From Chiloscyllium plagiosum (lineage: Eukaryota), in assembly GCF_004010195.1 (NCBI RefSeq), contig NC_057728.1:41436179-41500178 (forward strand): a DNA stretch of 64,000 nucleotides, read 5' to 3'. Positions 13,850 through 26,800 of the stretch are shown here, piece after piece. The position numbers were made by a program, and so were the translations under genes. Within the stretch, counting starts at the first letter, position 1, and the number at the start of each line of letters is the position of its first letter. The notes beneath the pieces are model-generated. The model searched no databases and was not told the DNA's origin. It worked only from the letters and a program-made list of their open reading frames with translations.

Positions 13850-14840
13850 AAATTTTGATAGGGTAGATGCAGGAAGGCCGTTTCCCCAGACCAGGGTATC
13901 TCGAACCTGGGGGCACAAGTCTCAGAACAAGAGTTAGGTTGTTTAAAACAGAGATAAGGATCTTTTTCATTTAGAATGTGATGAATCATTGGGATTCTCT
14001 ACTCCATAGAGCTATGAATATTCAGTCATTGAGTACATTGTTACGGACTAGGTTAAACCACTCAAAACATTTTTAAGCAGGCAGTCCAGACCATAACTTT
14101 GCAATTTGTTTCCGTAAGCGTACAGTGAAAATTACTCTGATTAAGTTAGCGAGGTTGACTACCAGGTTTAAAACAGACAAAAAATTTGTTCACAAAATTA
14201 CACAAGGAAACACAAAGAACAGAATAAAAAACCCCTGCAGAACTCAGTCAATTCAAACTAGACTTGAGTATGCTGTTCCGGATATACACAACAATCCCAA
14301 TAAGCAAACCCCCTTTAAAAACCAATATAAACGAAACACATGCTTACAGGTTGAAGTTGAAGGGCAAAAGAGAGAGAGTTCCACACAGCTCACTGTTGAA
14401 CTCCCCACCAGTGGACTGAACTAAACTGCTCAGCTAGAGAGTTGACCACTCCCCTTTAACTATGCAGGTCACTTCTAAAACATGACCACTTTGGCCTGGA
14501 GTCTCATCTGTTTACTTATAAACAAAAGGCCTCTCAAAATTATTTTCATCTCTGTACCAAACCAGACTGATCGGAGCCCGGACTGGTTTATTAGCCCTCT
14601 GAAAAAATCAAGGACAGAGTATCCTTGAGCCAAGGAACGGCTTTTAGCAAAAAAAGGCACTAGTTTTGTGACATATTCAAGACTGAGATTGATAGATTTC
14701 TAGATGTTTAAGATATCAAAGGATATTAAGATAGTGTGGCAAAACAGCTTAATGGCAGAAGATCAGCCATGATTTAGCTGAATGGTAGAGCAGGTTGATG
14801 GGCCAAATGGCCTACTTCTACTCCTATTTCCTATGTTCAA
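13850..14840 (+). mobile_element. CR1 3' fragment split by a solo LTR
   Basis: CR1 3' sequence ...CAGTCATTGAGTA is interrupted at 14039 and resumes as TATTCAAGACTGAGATTGATAG at 14674. Confidence 0.7.
14039..14673. mobile_element. Probable solo LTR, ~635 bp
   Basis: TGTTAC...GTGACA inverted termini and a clean insertion into a CR1 fragment. TSD is not clear. Confidence 0.7.
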
Positions 14841-15779
14841 TTACTCTTCGCACTAATCCTGGTTGTTTAGTGAATAGTATTACAGACCTGGGAACAGGGT
14901 ATGCTGCAGTGTACTTAATTGTTAAGAAACGTGTGGTGACACAAGAGGAAGCTGGATTCTTACCTTTAACAGCAAAAAGGTAAAGCTGAAAAGTATTTTC
15001 AATGTATATTTTTAATAAGTAAAAGAAGGAGAGAGAACTTTTAACATAGCTTGTGCTGCAACGTAATACTGCAACCTTGCTTGGTATGTGAAAATTACTA
15101 AATTGTTGAAGGTTCAGAAAAGATTTACCGGGACGTTGCTGAGCTATAGGGATGAATTGACTGGGGTATTTTTCACTGGAGCATAGGAGGTTGAGGGGCG
15201 ACCTTATCGAGATTTATAAAATCATGAGGGGCATGTATAAGGTGAACAGCAAAGGTTTTTACCTAGGGTGAAGGAGTAGCAGCAGTGACATTAAATGAGG
15301 CCAATCCTGGCCAAAGGCAAAACATTAGCACAATTTCCAAGGGAAGTTGCTGTCGGACTGCACATCATCGCTTCATCATCTGTCAGTTTAACAATGATCT
15401 GTATGGAATGGAATGAGATGTTGAGCAGCTAATGTGGGTCTGAGGTGAAGAAAAGTCTGAAAATACTGCAGGCACTTCCTTTTTTATGACTGCTCACTCA
15501 GCCAGTATGCCACATTCACCAAGCTGCTGCACATGCTGAGGCTGAAGGCGGTTCAATGACGGTTACATGTTCTTTGTTATCAGGATGTAGCATCTCACTG
15601 TATGTTGAAGTGAATGCAGCTCTTATCTGCATGGTATGCCAATGATGTCTCTTCTGAAATATGAGAATCTCTTTGGCTCCTTGAGTTCTCATGTAGATCT
15701 ACTGAGAGTGCTGAACCCTGCTTTTGATGGCATGCTATTCACTGTGGGTGACTTTGTAAGAAGATAAAGGTAGATGCAG

Positions 15780-17345
15780 GAAGACCAGGGCTGATGGAAG
15801 CTCAGGTACAGCAGCAAGCGGTCATAGAGGATGATGTGCACCTAACTCAAGGAGAGGTCAAACTGCAGGGCCCCTCAGGATGTAAAGGGCCCGCAGGAGG
15901 ATGAGTTTTCTGGTCCCGACTGAGTTTCCTGAGGAGGAGCAAGCTGCAGTGTTGCACAGGCTCCGTATGTCCCAAAATACTGTGAGGGAACAATGCCGGT
16001 TACTGGAGCAGTACCTGTCCACTGTAGGGATGGGAAGCCAATCCTTCTTCGTGCACACGACTGTATACTTCTTCCAGGGAGCATTGAATGACCTGTTGTT
16101 AGGCTCTTTTTCATGAGATTCTTTCACACTTTTACAACTGCAATACACCAACTTCTGTGAACAGTCAAAATTTATTGAACAGGTACAAGCTTTGGAGGAT
16201 CACTTAACACTCTTCACAATGCTTGCGAAGCATGTCAAGCAAGGTTCTCTGAACAAAGGAACAGTCCTTCCTTTATACAAGATCTCTATATCACAGTCAG
16301 TAATGCCCACAAGACAATCCCCAGCCACTCCCCCACAGTCACATTGCCACCCAAGACACAATGCAGTAACCTGATCGCCTCCAGAAACAATGTAAATTAT
16401 CCCTTAATGGCAGGATCTGTTGTAAATCTTCTTTTTAACTACAGGGTGTGGTCAGAATTTTAATTGCAATGTTCTTATTGATTCTGAATAGATGATAATG
16501 TAAATTATTTTACTCTGAATAATGGGAGATGATAATCTTTTACATTACTGGCAAGATAGAGAAACGTACCACCCTACTCCTTGGCATTCAAATTCTTACA
16601 GGTCAGCAGGCCAAATTAACCCCTTAATATCTCACTGTGTGAGTTCTTTCAATCATCCTCTGGACAGTGACTGAGTTGAAAACTATGCAAGATCACACCA
16701 GTTCATTTCATTTTTCCATGATGAGGTCAATGCTACCACCCAGGTAGTAGGATTTAGGAGCATAACCAGCTTCCCTGAGGTGCAGGTGCCAATATCTACA
16801 CAAACATTGCACACAGAGGGCCGTATCAGAACAATATGGGAAGGGTTCCATTCAATTACTATTCAGATATTTGTAACCGTTGTTATCCCTCCTGGATGTG
16901 TTTACCCACTACCGTGGTAGTTGCAAATGCCACTTATGTCCTAGAGCATTTTCATGTACCATTGCATTTGAGGGTCCAGCTGCCTCTCAAGGCTGGCTTC
17001 TAAGGAGTAAGGGCTACCCATGGTGACCATTGCTCATGACACCTTTATGCAACTCCCTGACTGATGTGGAATTCCAGACATAATGCCACCTATGCCTTGA
17101 CCAGGGCCATATTGGAGCAGACAATAGAGCTGTTGAAGATGAGGTTCCGTTGTTTGGTTGAACCATCCAGAATATTTTAGACAGAGTGTGCTGTATCATC
17201 CTGACTTGCTGTGCTCTGAATAATTGGAGCAGGAAATGAGGCGATGTGCTGCGAAACATAGCAAGTGGCAGCAGTCTTTCAAGGAGAAGGACAAGGACAT
17301 CGGGGAGGAGGAAGCTGTCCTTATGCATGCCAAAGCTAAGCTGCA
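15780..17345 (+). mobile_element. Harbinger DDE transposase (HARBI1-like) relic
   Basis: LHRLRMSQNTVREQCRLL, FPEVQ, GWLLRSKGYPW*PLLMTPL, TRAILEQTIELLKMRFRCL and CCALNN motifs. Confidence 0.85.
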
Positions 17346-17914
17346 TTGTATGGCTCGTAGCGCTCAGAAACTTATTGACTCCCATGTCCAATAGGTACTA
17401 GCTGGTTGCAGTAGACTAACATGGACTCTAAAATATTCATTGGTCTTGATGCCAGAATCCAGTATGCATTGTTGAACTGCAGTCTCTATGGGTTTGTTTG
17501 TATTTGTCCTTGCTGTCTGTAAATAAAAGCTCATGTTTGGAATTGACTGATTGCATGTATGTGATGATTCCCACTGGACAATGACAAGTTGCAGATATGC
17601 AATGGGTGTTGGGACAGGATAGTGCTGACTTAGATGGTGTTCAGATGGGATGTACCTATGGACAGATAAAAATGCAAATTATGTAGTTCTGTCAGTTAAC
17701 CAGCCACTAGTGTGAGAGAATAGGTGGTTTGTGCAAGGGAGTGTGAACCATAACAGGTATGTGCTCTGGGCAGCATGGCTTCACTGTTACCCTATCATGA
17801 CATTGCCAGTAAGTGGCAATGCCATATTACCAGTGCTTGTTTGATTGGACTGCAGCCTTTCAAAGATGACATGGTTGCAAAGAATACCAGAATTTGAGCA
17901 CATGAATGGCAAGA

Positions 17915-18622
17915 TGAATTGGAGTGCAGGTTCATAGCTCCTTGAAAGTAGAGTCGTAGGTAGTTAGGATAATGAAGAAGGCAGTTGGTAAGGTTTCCTT
18001 TATTGGTCAGAGCATTGAGTATAGGAATTGGGAGGTCATGTTGCAGCTGTACAGGACATTGGTTAGGCCACTTTTGGAATTTTGCGTGCAATTCTGGTCT
18101 CCTTCCTATCAGAAGGATGTTGCGAAACTTGAAAGGGTTCAGAAAAGATTTGCAAAGATATTGCCAGGGTTAGAGAATTTGAGCTCTCTAGGGAGAGGCT
18201 TAATAGGCTGAGGCTGTTTTCCCTGGAGTGTCGGAGGATGAGGGGTGATCTTATAGTGGTTTTTAACATCATGAGGGGCATGGATAGGATAAATAGACAA
18301 GGTCTGTTTCCTGGGGCAGGGGAGTTCAGAACTAGAGGGCATAGGTTTAGGGTGAGAAGGGAAAAATTTAAAAGGGTCCTAAGAGGCAATGTTTTCACAC
18401 AGAGGGTGGTGCGTATATGAAATGAGCTGCCAGAGGAAATGGTGAAGGCTGGTACAATTATAGCATTTAAAAGGCATCTGAATGGGTATATGAATAAGAA
18501 AGATTAAGAAAGATATGGGCCAAATGCTATCAATTGGGACAAGATTAGGTTAGGATATCTGGTCAGCATCGACGAGTTGGATCAAAGGGTCTGTTTCAGT
18601 GCTGTACATCCATATGACTCTG
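17915..18622 (+). mobile_element. CR1 LINE 3' end
   Basis: VMLQLYRTLVRPLLEFCVQFWSP, RGDLI, TRGHRFRV and TQRVV, ending in an ATGACTCT-type tail. Confidence 0.92.
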
Positions 18623-18819
18623 AGTAAGTCGTTCCAGGAACAGTGAATGCTAAGATGGGATCAGAATTGGACAAGAAGAATGCTACATGAGCCATGTAGA
18701 TATTCAATTAGTTGGGTTTGGTAATATATGGTAAGAATCCTCCCTAAACACAGCAGGAATACTATTCCTTATCAAAAACATCACTCCCCTTCCTCTCTTG
18801 CCTCCCTTTCTATTCTTCC

Positions 18820-19842
18820 TGTAGTATTTGTTTTTGTATCCTGTAGTATTTGGAACATTAAGCTGCCAGTCCTATCTATCCCTGAGCCACATTTCTGAAA
18901 TTGCTTTGATATCCCAGTCCCATGTTCCTAACCATGCCCTGAGTTCATCTGCCTTCCCTGTAAGGCCTCTTGCATTGAAGTAAATGCCGTTTAATTTATC
19001 ATTCCTATCGTGTTCTCTGCTTTGTTCCTTGCTGCCCTGACTGTTCGACTTGCTCCTTTTCCCAACTGTACCAGTCTCAAATTAATCTCTTTCCTCACTC
19101 TTTCTTTCTCTGGGTCCCACTCTCCCATCTTACTAGTTTAAATCCTCCCAAGCAGCTGTAGCAAATTTCCCTGCCAGTATTTTAGTCCCCTTCCAATTCA
19201 GGTGCAATCTGTCCTTCTTGTACAGGTCACTTCTATCGCAGAAGACATTCCAATGATCCAAAATTGTGAACTCTTCTCCCCTGCACCAACTCCTCAGCCA
19301 CACATTCATCTGATCTATCCTACCCTCACTAGCCTGTAGCACAGCGAGTAATCCAGATATTACTGACCTTGAGGACCTCCTTTTTAAATTTCTGCCTAAC
19401 TTTCTATATTCTCTGTTCAGAATCTCATCCTTTTCCCTTCCTGAGTCATTGGTTCCAATGTGTACAATGATCTACTGCTGGCCCCTCTCCCCTTTGAGAA
19501 TATTCTGCACCCACTCTGAGATATCCTTGATCCTGTCACCAGGGAGGCAATACATCATTTTGATTTTTCGCTGCTGGCTGCAGAAACATCTGTCTGTGCC
19601 TCTGACTAGAGAGTCCCCTGTCACACCCCTTATTACATTAGAGTCAGTCTCGATACCTGAAACTTGGCTGTTCATACTACATTTCCCTGAGAGTCCATTA
19701 CCCCCTACATTTTCCAAAACAGCGTACTTGTTTGAAATGGGGATTGCCACAGAATACTCCTGCTCAACCTGCCTATCCCTCCTACTTTTCCTGGAGGTAA
19801 CCCATCTACCTGACTGTATCTGTGGCTTTTCTTCCTTCCTTA
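18820..19842 (-). mobile_element. CR1 ORF1 region with SGNH/GDSL esterase-like domain
   Basis: ORFs 19472-19750 (ISNKYAVL, GDSLVRG, CLPG) and 19133-19342 (NVWLRSWC...YKKDRLHLNWKGT). Confidence 0.85.
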
Positions 19843-20170
19843 AGATGACCAGAGGATTGGATAGGGTAGACAGTGAAAGTCTTTTTCCTAGGATGATGAT
19901 GTCAGCTTGTATGACATAGCTACAAATTGAGGGCTGATGGATTTAAGACAGATGTCAGAGGAAGGTTCTTTACTCAGAGAGTGGTAAGGGCGTGGAACGC
20001 CCTGCCTGCCAATGTAGTTAACTCGGCCACATAAGGGACATTTAAACAATCCTTGGATGAGTACACGGATGATGGGATAGTGTAGGGGGATGGGCTTAGA
20101 TTAGTTCACAGGTCAGCGCAACATCGAGGGCCGAAGGGCCTGTTCTGCGCTGAATTGTTCTATGTTCTAA
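19843..20170 (+). mobile_element. CR1-type LINE 3' end
   Basis: RGLDRVD..LFP and FFTQRVVRAWNALP, ending in a TTCTATGTTCTA tail. Confidence 0.85.
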
Positions 20171-21837
20171 AAAAAAGTTAGGCTTTACAGCAGAAATCTG
20201 CCAAAAAATACCTGGATGCAACTCTGATCAAAAAACACAAGATTCAACCCCTTGTTTTGAAACTATTACATAATACAGGTGTGTTATTCTTTAAGGTAGT
20301 ATTAATTGTAGTGTTTATCTGCAATAGGAGTTGTTTAATAATTATGGCAGATATGCAGTTGACTTTTTTTAAAAATAGTTTTTTTTAAATCACTCTGTGT
20401 GTTAACACCTGTTTTGAAAATAAATTTGAAATGATTAGAATGAGCATTTAATTTCTCTTTCCCTACTGCCCTGAGAGTGAACATTTGTTTAAAAATAATT
20501 TTTTTGTATGATAGCCTTTTTAGGTAAATAAGTTTTTCTTAGCTATTTTGGCTTAGTAATGTTCAAGTTGGCATACTGCCGCAAATCTGTGGTTTGGGGT
20601 TCCTGTACCACACGAGTCTATAATCAGAGCCGCTCTTCAATGGGAAACTCTGGGCTACCCAAGAAATATTTGAGTAGCAAGCAGCTAGAGTAAAACACTC
20701 TAATCCTTTTCCCTGAGCAATAAAAAGAAATCCTGTTTACCTGAGAAATAAAGTCTGCCATAGTGAAATCTGTATTGAGCTGTCTGGTGGTGAAACATAA
20801 AAAGATTATAAATTATGTGTTTTGTACAGATTTTAATGACAATCACATAAACTTTTATAAATGCATATCATTCATACTTGTTTCTTCTGGCTTTCCTCTC
20901 ACTTCATGATTAAAAGCCAGATATATTTTTTCAGTAACTCTGTGATGGGTGTCTTCATTTAGTTAAAACCTATGGTGACCTTTGAATTATCTGATTTTGT
21001 TAGCTAATATTTGTGGCCATCTGGTTTAAATTTGGTGTTGTATGAGTCATTTTACTTTGATTTAGTCCCCCTTTTATTCTATAGAATGAGGTCTCAGGAA
21101 AACATTTTGTAATTGCAATTCATTATGTGTTTTTAAAAAGCAGTCTGGACATTTGAACATACTTAACATAAAATGTGTTTGTGTGGAAATATTGAAGAAT
21201 ATACAAATTGCTATGTGGATATTAGAATACCAGTTTCTGGAAAATAAAAATTACATTCTTTGCAGTGAAGTATTTAACTACATCCCATCATGTCTTCCCT
21301 TTGACAAAGTTAAAGTTTGGGGGAGTAGCTTCCGTTTCTAGGGGAGGAAGGATGAGTGATCTTATAGGAAATGATACACAGTATTTCTGGCATTTAGTGT
21401 GCAAACAGACAGATTATGCTTTTTTTTGCTCAGCTTTTTTTAAAAACGAACTTATTTTCAATGCAGGAATTTAATAATTGTGGCCAACTTCAAAGATTTT
21501 TGATTTCTTACGATACACTACATTCTTTAGAAATCTTTTTTAATTTTATGTTACATAAGAACAATATCCGACTGGTTTCTCTTGATGACTAATTGGCTTA
21601 CGTGGTACTGAGTCACCTAGACCAAAACGTCTGTTCTGTCTCTGGATTGTACTGAATGATCTGACATTAGTTGGGACAGTAATTAAACAGTAATTATTCT
21701 TATTTAGGGAAAGGAAAAATCAACCACACTTTCTGCTCCTGATTACTACCTCTAAAGGACATCCAGATGCCATTAGATGATGACATTAGTTTTTACTTGA
21801 AATTTCCCTTGATTTTTACAACCAAATGTAACGTGTA

Positions 21838-22060
21838 GGGTACGTGTATGGAATGAGCTGCCAGAGGATGTGGTGGAGGCTGGTACAATTGCAACATTTA
21901 AGAGGCATTTGGATGGGTATATGAATAGGAAGGATTTGGAGGGATATGGGCTGGGTGCTGGCAAGTGGGACTAGATTGGGTTGAGATATCTGGTCGGTAT
22001 TGACAGGTTGGACCGAAGGGTCTGTTTCCATGCTGTACATCTCTGACTCCATGACTCTAT
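21838..22060 (+). mobile_element. CR1 3' end fragment
   Basis: Closely matches 18410-18620. Confidence 0.85.
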
Positions 22061-22359
22061 GTAGGCACTTACCAGTATCTAAGGATTGCCATGCGCATGA
22101 ATAGATACACTAGAGGATAGTTGCCGCCATCTTGAGGAAAGTGAGAGAAATGTGTCATGAAGTATTGGAACTACGTGCTCCCTGATCAAAAACATTTATA
22201 CGCACTTCCATCTTTGGGCTGAACTTGTATAGTATCTTCTTGCTACATCAAAATAACTCCAAGAAGTCTTCTACCTTCATCCTATTCTGGACTAAGCTCC
22301 ACTTACACAGTGCTTTATTTTCTCAAACCTCCATTTGCTCCTTAATCATCAAAACTTTG

Positions 22360-23040
22360 AATTTAAGACCAGTTTTTATTTATTTAGTATAATCAATGTA
22401 ATAAAACATTCAACAGTTCACAACAGCATTAAATAGAATTTGATTCTGATCCAAATGAGATAGTAAAGCAGTTGACAAAAAACTTGGTCAATGAGTTGAA
22501 TCTTAAGGAATGTCTGAAAGTAGAAAAGGGAGGTGGAGAAATGGGAGGTGGAAGGAATTCCAGAGCTTAGAACCTAGGTAGCTGAAGACATGGTCACCAT
22601 GGTGGAGCAACTAAAATTGGAGATGCTCACAATCAAAATTAGAGAATCAGATATACATCTTGGAAGGTGTGAGGCTGGATCAAACCATTGAGGGATTTAA
22701 AAATAAGGCTGAGCATTTTAGAGGTTTGATTAGCTAGGAGCCAATTTAGGATACTGAGAGCAGGGATAATGGATGAACATGCTTTTGTGCAAATTAAAAC
22801 ATGGGCACCAGAGTTTTGAATGGCGACATGTTTATGGAGGGTAGAACATGAGAGGCTGAACAGGAATTGATTCAAGTGGTCTAGTGAACAGGTAGCAAAG
22901 CCATCAATGAGATTTTTAGTGGTGGGTGAGTGGAGCAAGGCAAAATCTGTGGACATAGACTGTCGCAGTAATGGATGTGTGTGGTTGGAAGCTCATCTCA
23001 ACCTCCAATGACTCCAAGATTGCAAACTGTTTCAAACTTT
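22360..23040 (-). mobile_element. Old L2-like LINE fragment
   Basis: IQNSGAHVL..SIIPAL..LNWL..LIFKSLNGL resembles the L2 ORF2 C-terminus. Confidence 0.6.
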
Positions 23041-23468
23041 TCACCCTTGTACATAAATTTTGCTATAAATTTGCTCTGCTCTATAACAAGAATCTTTTGC
23101 TATATCTGGACTCTTGCTCTCCATTACTCTAATTCTCGTTTAGACATTTTTTTCCTCATTTCAATTTTAAATGGTCAGTCTTTTAATTTCAGACTGTTTC
23201 CCAAGGAATTTTTAAAACTTTACTGGCTTTAGTGACTATGTATGTGTATAAAGATATGTTTATGAATAAAGTATAATTTTGAAATAAAAAATTCTGTAGA
23301 TTTGCTGCATTTGAGTAAGATAATTAAAGATATGTTTTGGGAAATGTTATAATCTTTTGTTTAGTATACTGCATTGGAGACAATGCTTTGTGTTTCCTTG
23401 ACCAATGTTCATCGATTTATTCAGTGAAGCAATTCATGTAAACCAGTCAATAGTTTCAGTAATAAATG

Positions 23469-23594
23469 CTGGAAAAGCGCAGGATCTGCAGTCCTCACTT
23501 TCTCCTGAAGAAGGGCTTATGCCCGAAACGTCGATTCTCCTGTTCCCTGGATGCTGCCTGACCTGCTGCGCTTTTCCAGCAACACATTTCCAGC
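23469..23594 (+). mobile_element. PLE terminal fragment carrying a hammerhead core
   Basis: TSD TCAGTAATAAATG at 23456-23468 and 23595-23607, plus a short inverted 5' piece. Confidence 0.85.
23505..23532 (+). ncRNA. Minimal type I hammerhead ribozyme core (PLE-associated)
   Basis: CTGAAGA-A-GGGC(TTAT)GCCC-GAAAC-GTC. Stem I is weak. Confidence 0.65.
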
Positions 23595-23972
23595 TCAGTA
23601 ATAAATGTACCATGTGTTAAAATTGGAAAATCTGAGATTCAATGACCCTAATTCTTTTACTGAGTAAACTTATTCCAACCAGAATAATTGGGGGAGTGCT
23701 GCTCATTTTTGCATTATGGATCTTGGTTCTGTGAAAGAAGGGGCAGATCACCCAAAATTTCTGTTCACGAGTTGGTAGTCTTTTTTTGAAAACTCTACTT
23801 TACATTAGGCTAGGACAAGGCTGAACTAATTTGGGATGGCTGTCATAATTGGATAATCTGAGTACGCTCAAGAGTGAAGAATTTCTACCAAGACATTGCA
23901 GCAGAGCATTGTACCTATAGAACAGCACATGATTCTCTAGTGCATTGAATAGAAGGGTGAAAGGGGCAAGAG

Positions 23973-24183
23973 CTGAAAATGTGTTGCTGGAAAAGCACAG
24001 CAGGTCAGGCAGCATCCAAGGAGCAGGAGAATCAACGTTTCGGGCATGAGCCCTTCTTTAGAAATTCCTGAAGAAGGGCTCATGTCCGAAACGTTGATTC
24101 TCCTGCTCCTTGGATGCTGCCTGACCTGCTGTGCTTTTCCAGCAACACATTTTCAGCTCTGATCTGCAGTCCTCACTTTCTCC
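23973..24183. mobile_element. PLE fold-back element with two inverted hammerhead motifs
   Basis: Near-perfect ~90-bp inverted arms. TSD TGAAAGGGGCAAGAG at 23958-23972 and 24184-24198. Confidence 0.9.
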
Positions 24184-26605
24184 TGAAAGGGGCAAGAGTA
24201 ATAACTTAGCATGGGAAAAATAAATCAGTAGACATAAGCAAGTTCACTAAATGCTGATCAAACTTTTGAAAGATTGCAATGAATGTTTTGTTTTTTCTTG
24301 TAGTCTGATTCTTCAAATGAGAAAATTGACTACAAGACAGCCAATAACAGTGGATTTTATTCAATCACAATTTCATGATCTATATCCTATTGGACATTTT
24401 GTTCAGATGACTTGAGTACTAAAGAGATTAAAAATGTTGCCAAATTGGTTAATATGCAGTTAGTCATTGAAGAGTCTGGAGATCAAAGTAAGGCAAATTG
24501 CTGACTAATCCATAAGTCATCTCTTAAGTTTTTCCTCAATAAACGTCACCAACTTTATATCCAGCCACACCCTGAAATTACCCCATACAAAACGTCTCTA
24601 AGACACTTGTAGAGTGTTGTAGCTTTTCTTGGTGCCTGCAGAATTTTCAAACCCACTCATTCTCTACACCTCCACAAGCAGTTTTATGGAGTTTGTTATT
24701 GGAAATGTGTGGGAGAGACTCAGTGAAACGAAAAGCAGGACCAAACAATGGAACTTTCATTGCCTCTGTGCAGTAAAGATCCGGAACTAGATGAACTGGT
24801 TTTCATCATGAACTTGCGCTTTGTCACGTGGACTCAGATGTTTACTATTTCAAATATGTAGTTGTTCTGCAAGTAATTACATTGTAGCTTCATTTTTCTC
24901 TCTCTTGGACTCATTAGCAGTTCTGAATGAGATTTTTGGAGGAGGAGAAATGAAATTGGAATGCATTCATTAGTAGCATTCTTGTTCATCATTCATTAGA
25001 AGTAATTGACAAATGGACAAAATATTCTAAAATAGAACAAATAATCTTGCAATTTGTTACGCATTTGAACACATTGTTTATATTCACTGTACGTACAAAG
25101 CATGTGCTGACACAGAAGTTCAGTTAAAATGTGCTGTTGATCTTCAGATTGATGAATACTACAAAGCTTCTGTATTCTGTAGTACCCTTCACACTCAGAA
25201 CTTGCAATTCCTTAACAGAGTTAATAACTTGCATGTGTTTTACTGTGGATCTGTATTTGGTTAAAGCTAACCTTTAATTAGAAGTCTTTGGATTTGTGCA
25301 CACCAGACACTGGGATGTTATTAGTGAGAACTGAATGCTATATGTGTTACTGCATGCAGATCAAAACAAACCCAGTGTATTCTGACAGCATTAAACCCCA
25401 TTGAGACCTGATGCAGGATATGGTTTTCACTTCCAAAAGAAATTTATAATCCACAAGAACTTGCCAGATGTTATAGCCTGATGCTTGAACTTCTTTACAG
25501 ATTTGCAGAGTAGGTGGTCACTGGATATTTATCCACAAAACTATACAAAACCATCTGATAGTAGGATGTGCACTCTTCTTCAATTTTTTTTTGTTTTACT
25601 CCCTCGTAAGTTTTTTTAATTGTCATCTTACTATCTGTAAGTTATGGAAATTTAAAGAATTGCTTAATGTGAAAAACAAGGACAACAATTTATTCACAGT
25701 CATGTCATAAAGTTGCAGCGGAGATTGATATCATGAAAGAAGCTATAGAAGTAATTTGCAAACTGTAATTGTAACCATTGAAAATAAAACTTAAAGTTCT
25801 ATGACTAATTCAAATTGGATCTCATTAAAATTCTTATAGCTGTGTGCACAATTTATTGGATGCCAAAAGTGAACTTTATGTTAAGCTAAGATATATACAA
25901 TTGAATGTAGCCAGATAAGATTTTGCTTGCGCAGATAAGAATTACTGAGACAGGCATAAAAGTAGCCCCAACTGGGAAGCTATAAAATATAGGAACTCAG
26001 GATGGAAATTACTCCAGTTTTACAGAGCATCTGTGGCAATAGTTTATCTTACCTTTCTGGTGCTGTCAGCATCAAGTTCCCCGAATGATCTATCCTTAAT
26101 GTATCCTCATCCTTACCTACAGAGTCAGCTTTTATGCATACTCGAGATACCTCACTGATCTTCACTCCCACCTTTGATCCCATAATGATGCTGTTAAACT
26201 GGTTTTCTGGTGTCAAATCACAAATGAGTTGCCACTGTTTGCAGCTCAAGATCAGGATGATCAAAATTGTTGTCAAAGGCCATCTCCATTTCCTTGTTAT
26301 TGAACTTTGTCTTCCCAGGCATATTATCAAACTAAACCAGATTGTTGGCAGTCTTGGAATCCTGTACAGGTCCACAACTGATAATAAGTTTTGACCTCCA
26401 TCACCTGTGTCCATTCTTCCTCCAAATTCTTATATAAGGCTTTGTCAGCCTCAAATATGGCTATTCTAATACTTTCCTTGATTGTTTCCCATTTTTTTCC
26501 ACTTACCATGAATTACAACTTGTCCATAATGCTGCTCCTCACATCTTGTCCCACACTAATTTATACTTGCTTATCATCTCCTCTCTTATTGATACCACCT
26601 TTCAT

Positions 26606-26800
26606 AAAGTTAAAAATCACACAACACTAGGTTATAGTCCAACAGGTTTATTTGGAAGCACCAGCTTTCGGAGTGCTTGAATCACCTGATGAAGGAGCAA
26701 CACTCCAAAAGCAAGTGCTTCCAAATAAACCTGTTGGACTATAACCTGATGTTGTGTGATTTTTAACTTTGTAGACCCTAGTCCAACACTGGCCTCTCCA
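26606..26800. mobile_element. PLE (second family) fold-back element
   Basis: Inverted arms AAAGTTAAAAATCACACAAC... and ...GTTGTGTGATTTTTAACTTT around a decayed CTGATGAAGGAG...CTCC-AAAAGC core. Confidence 0.8.

Noticed and set aside
15780..17345. Functional HARBI1 gene
   Set aside because: Multiple stops and frameshifts, and degraded catalytic motifs.
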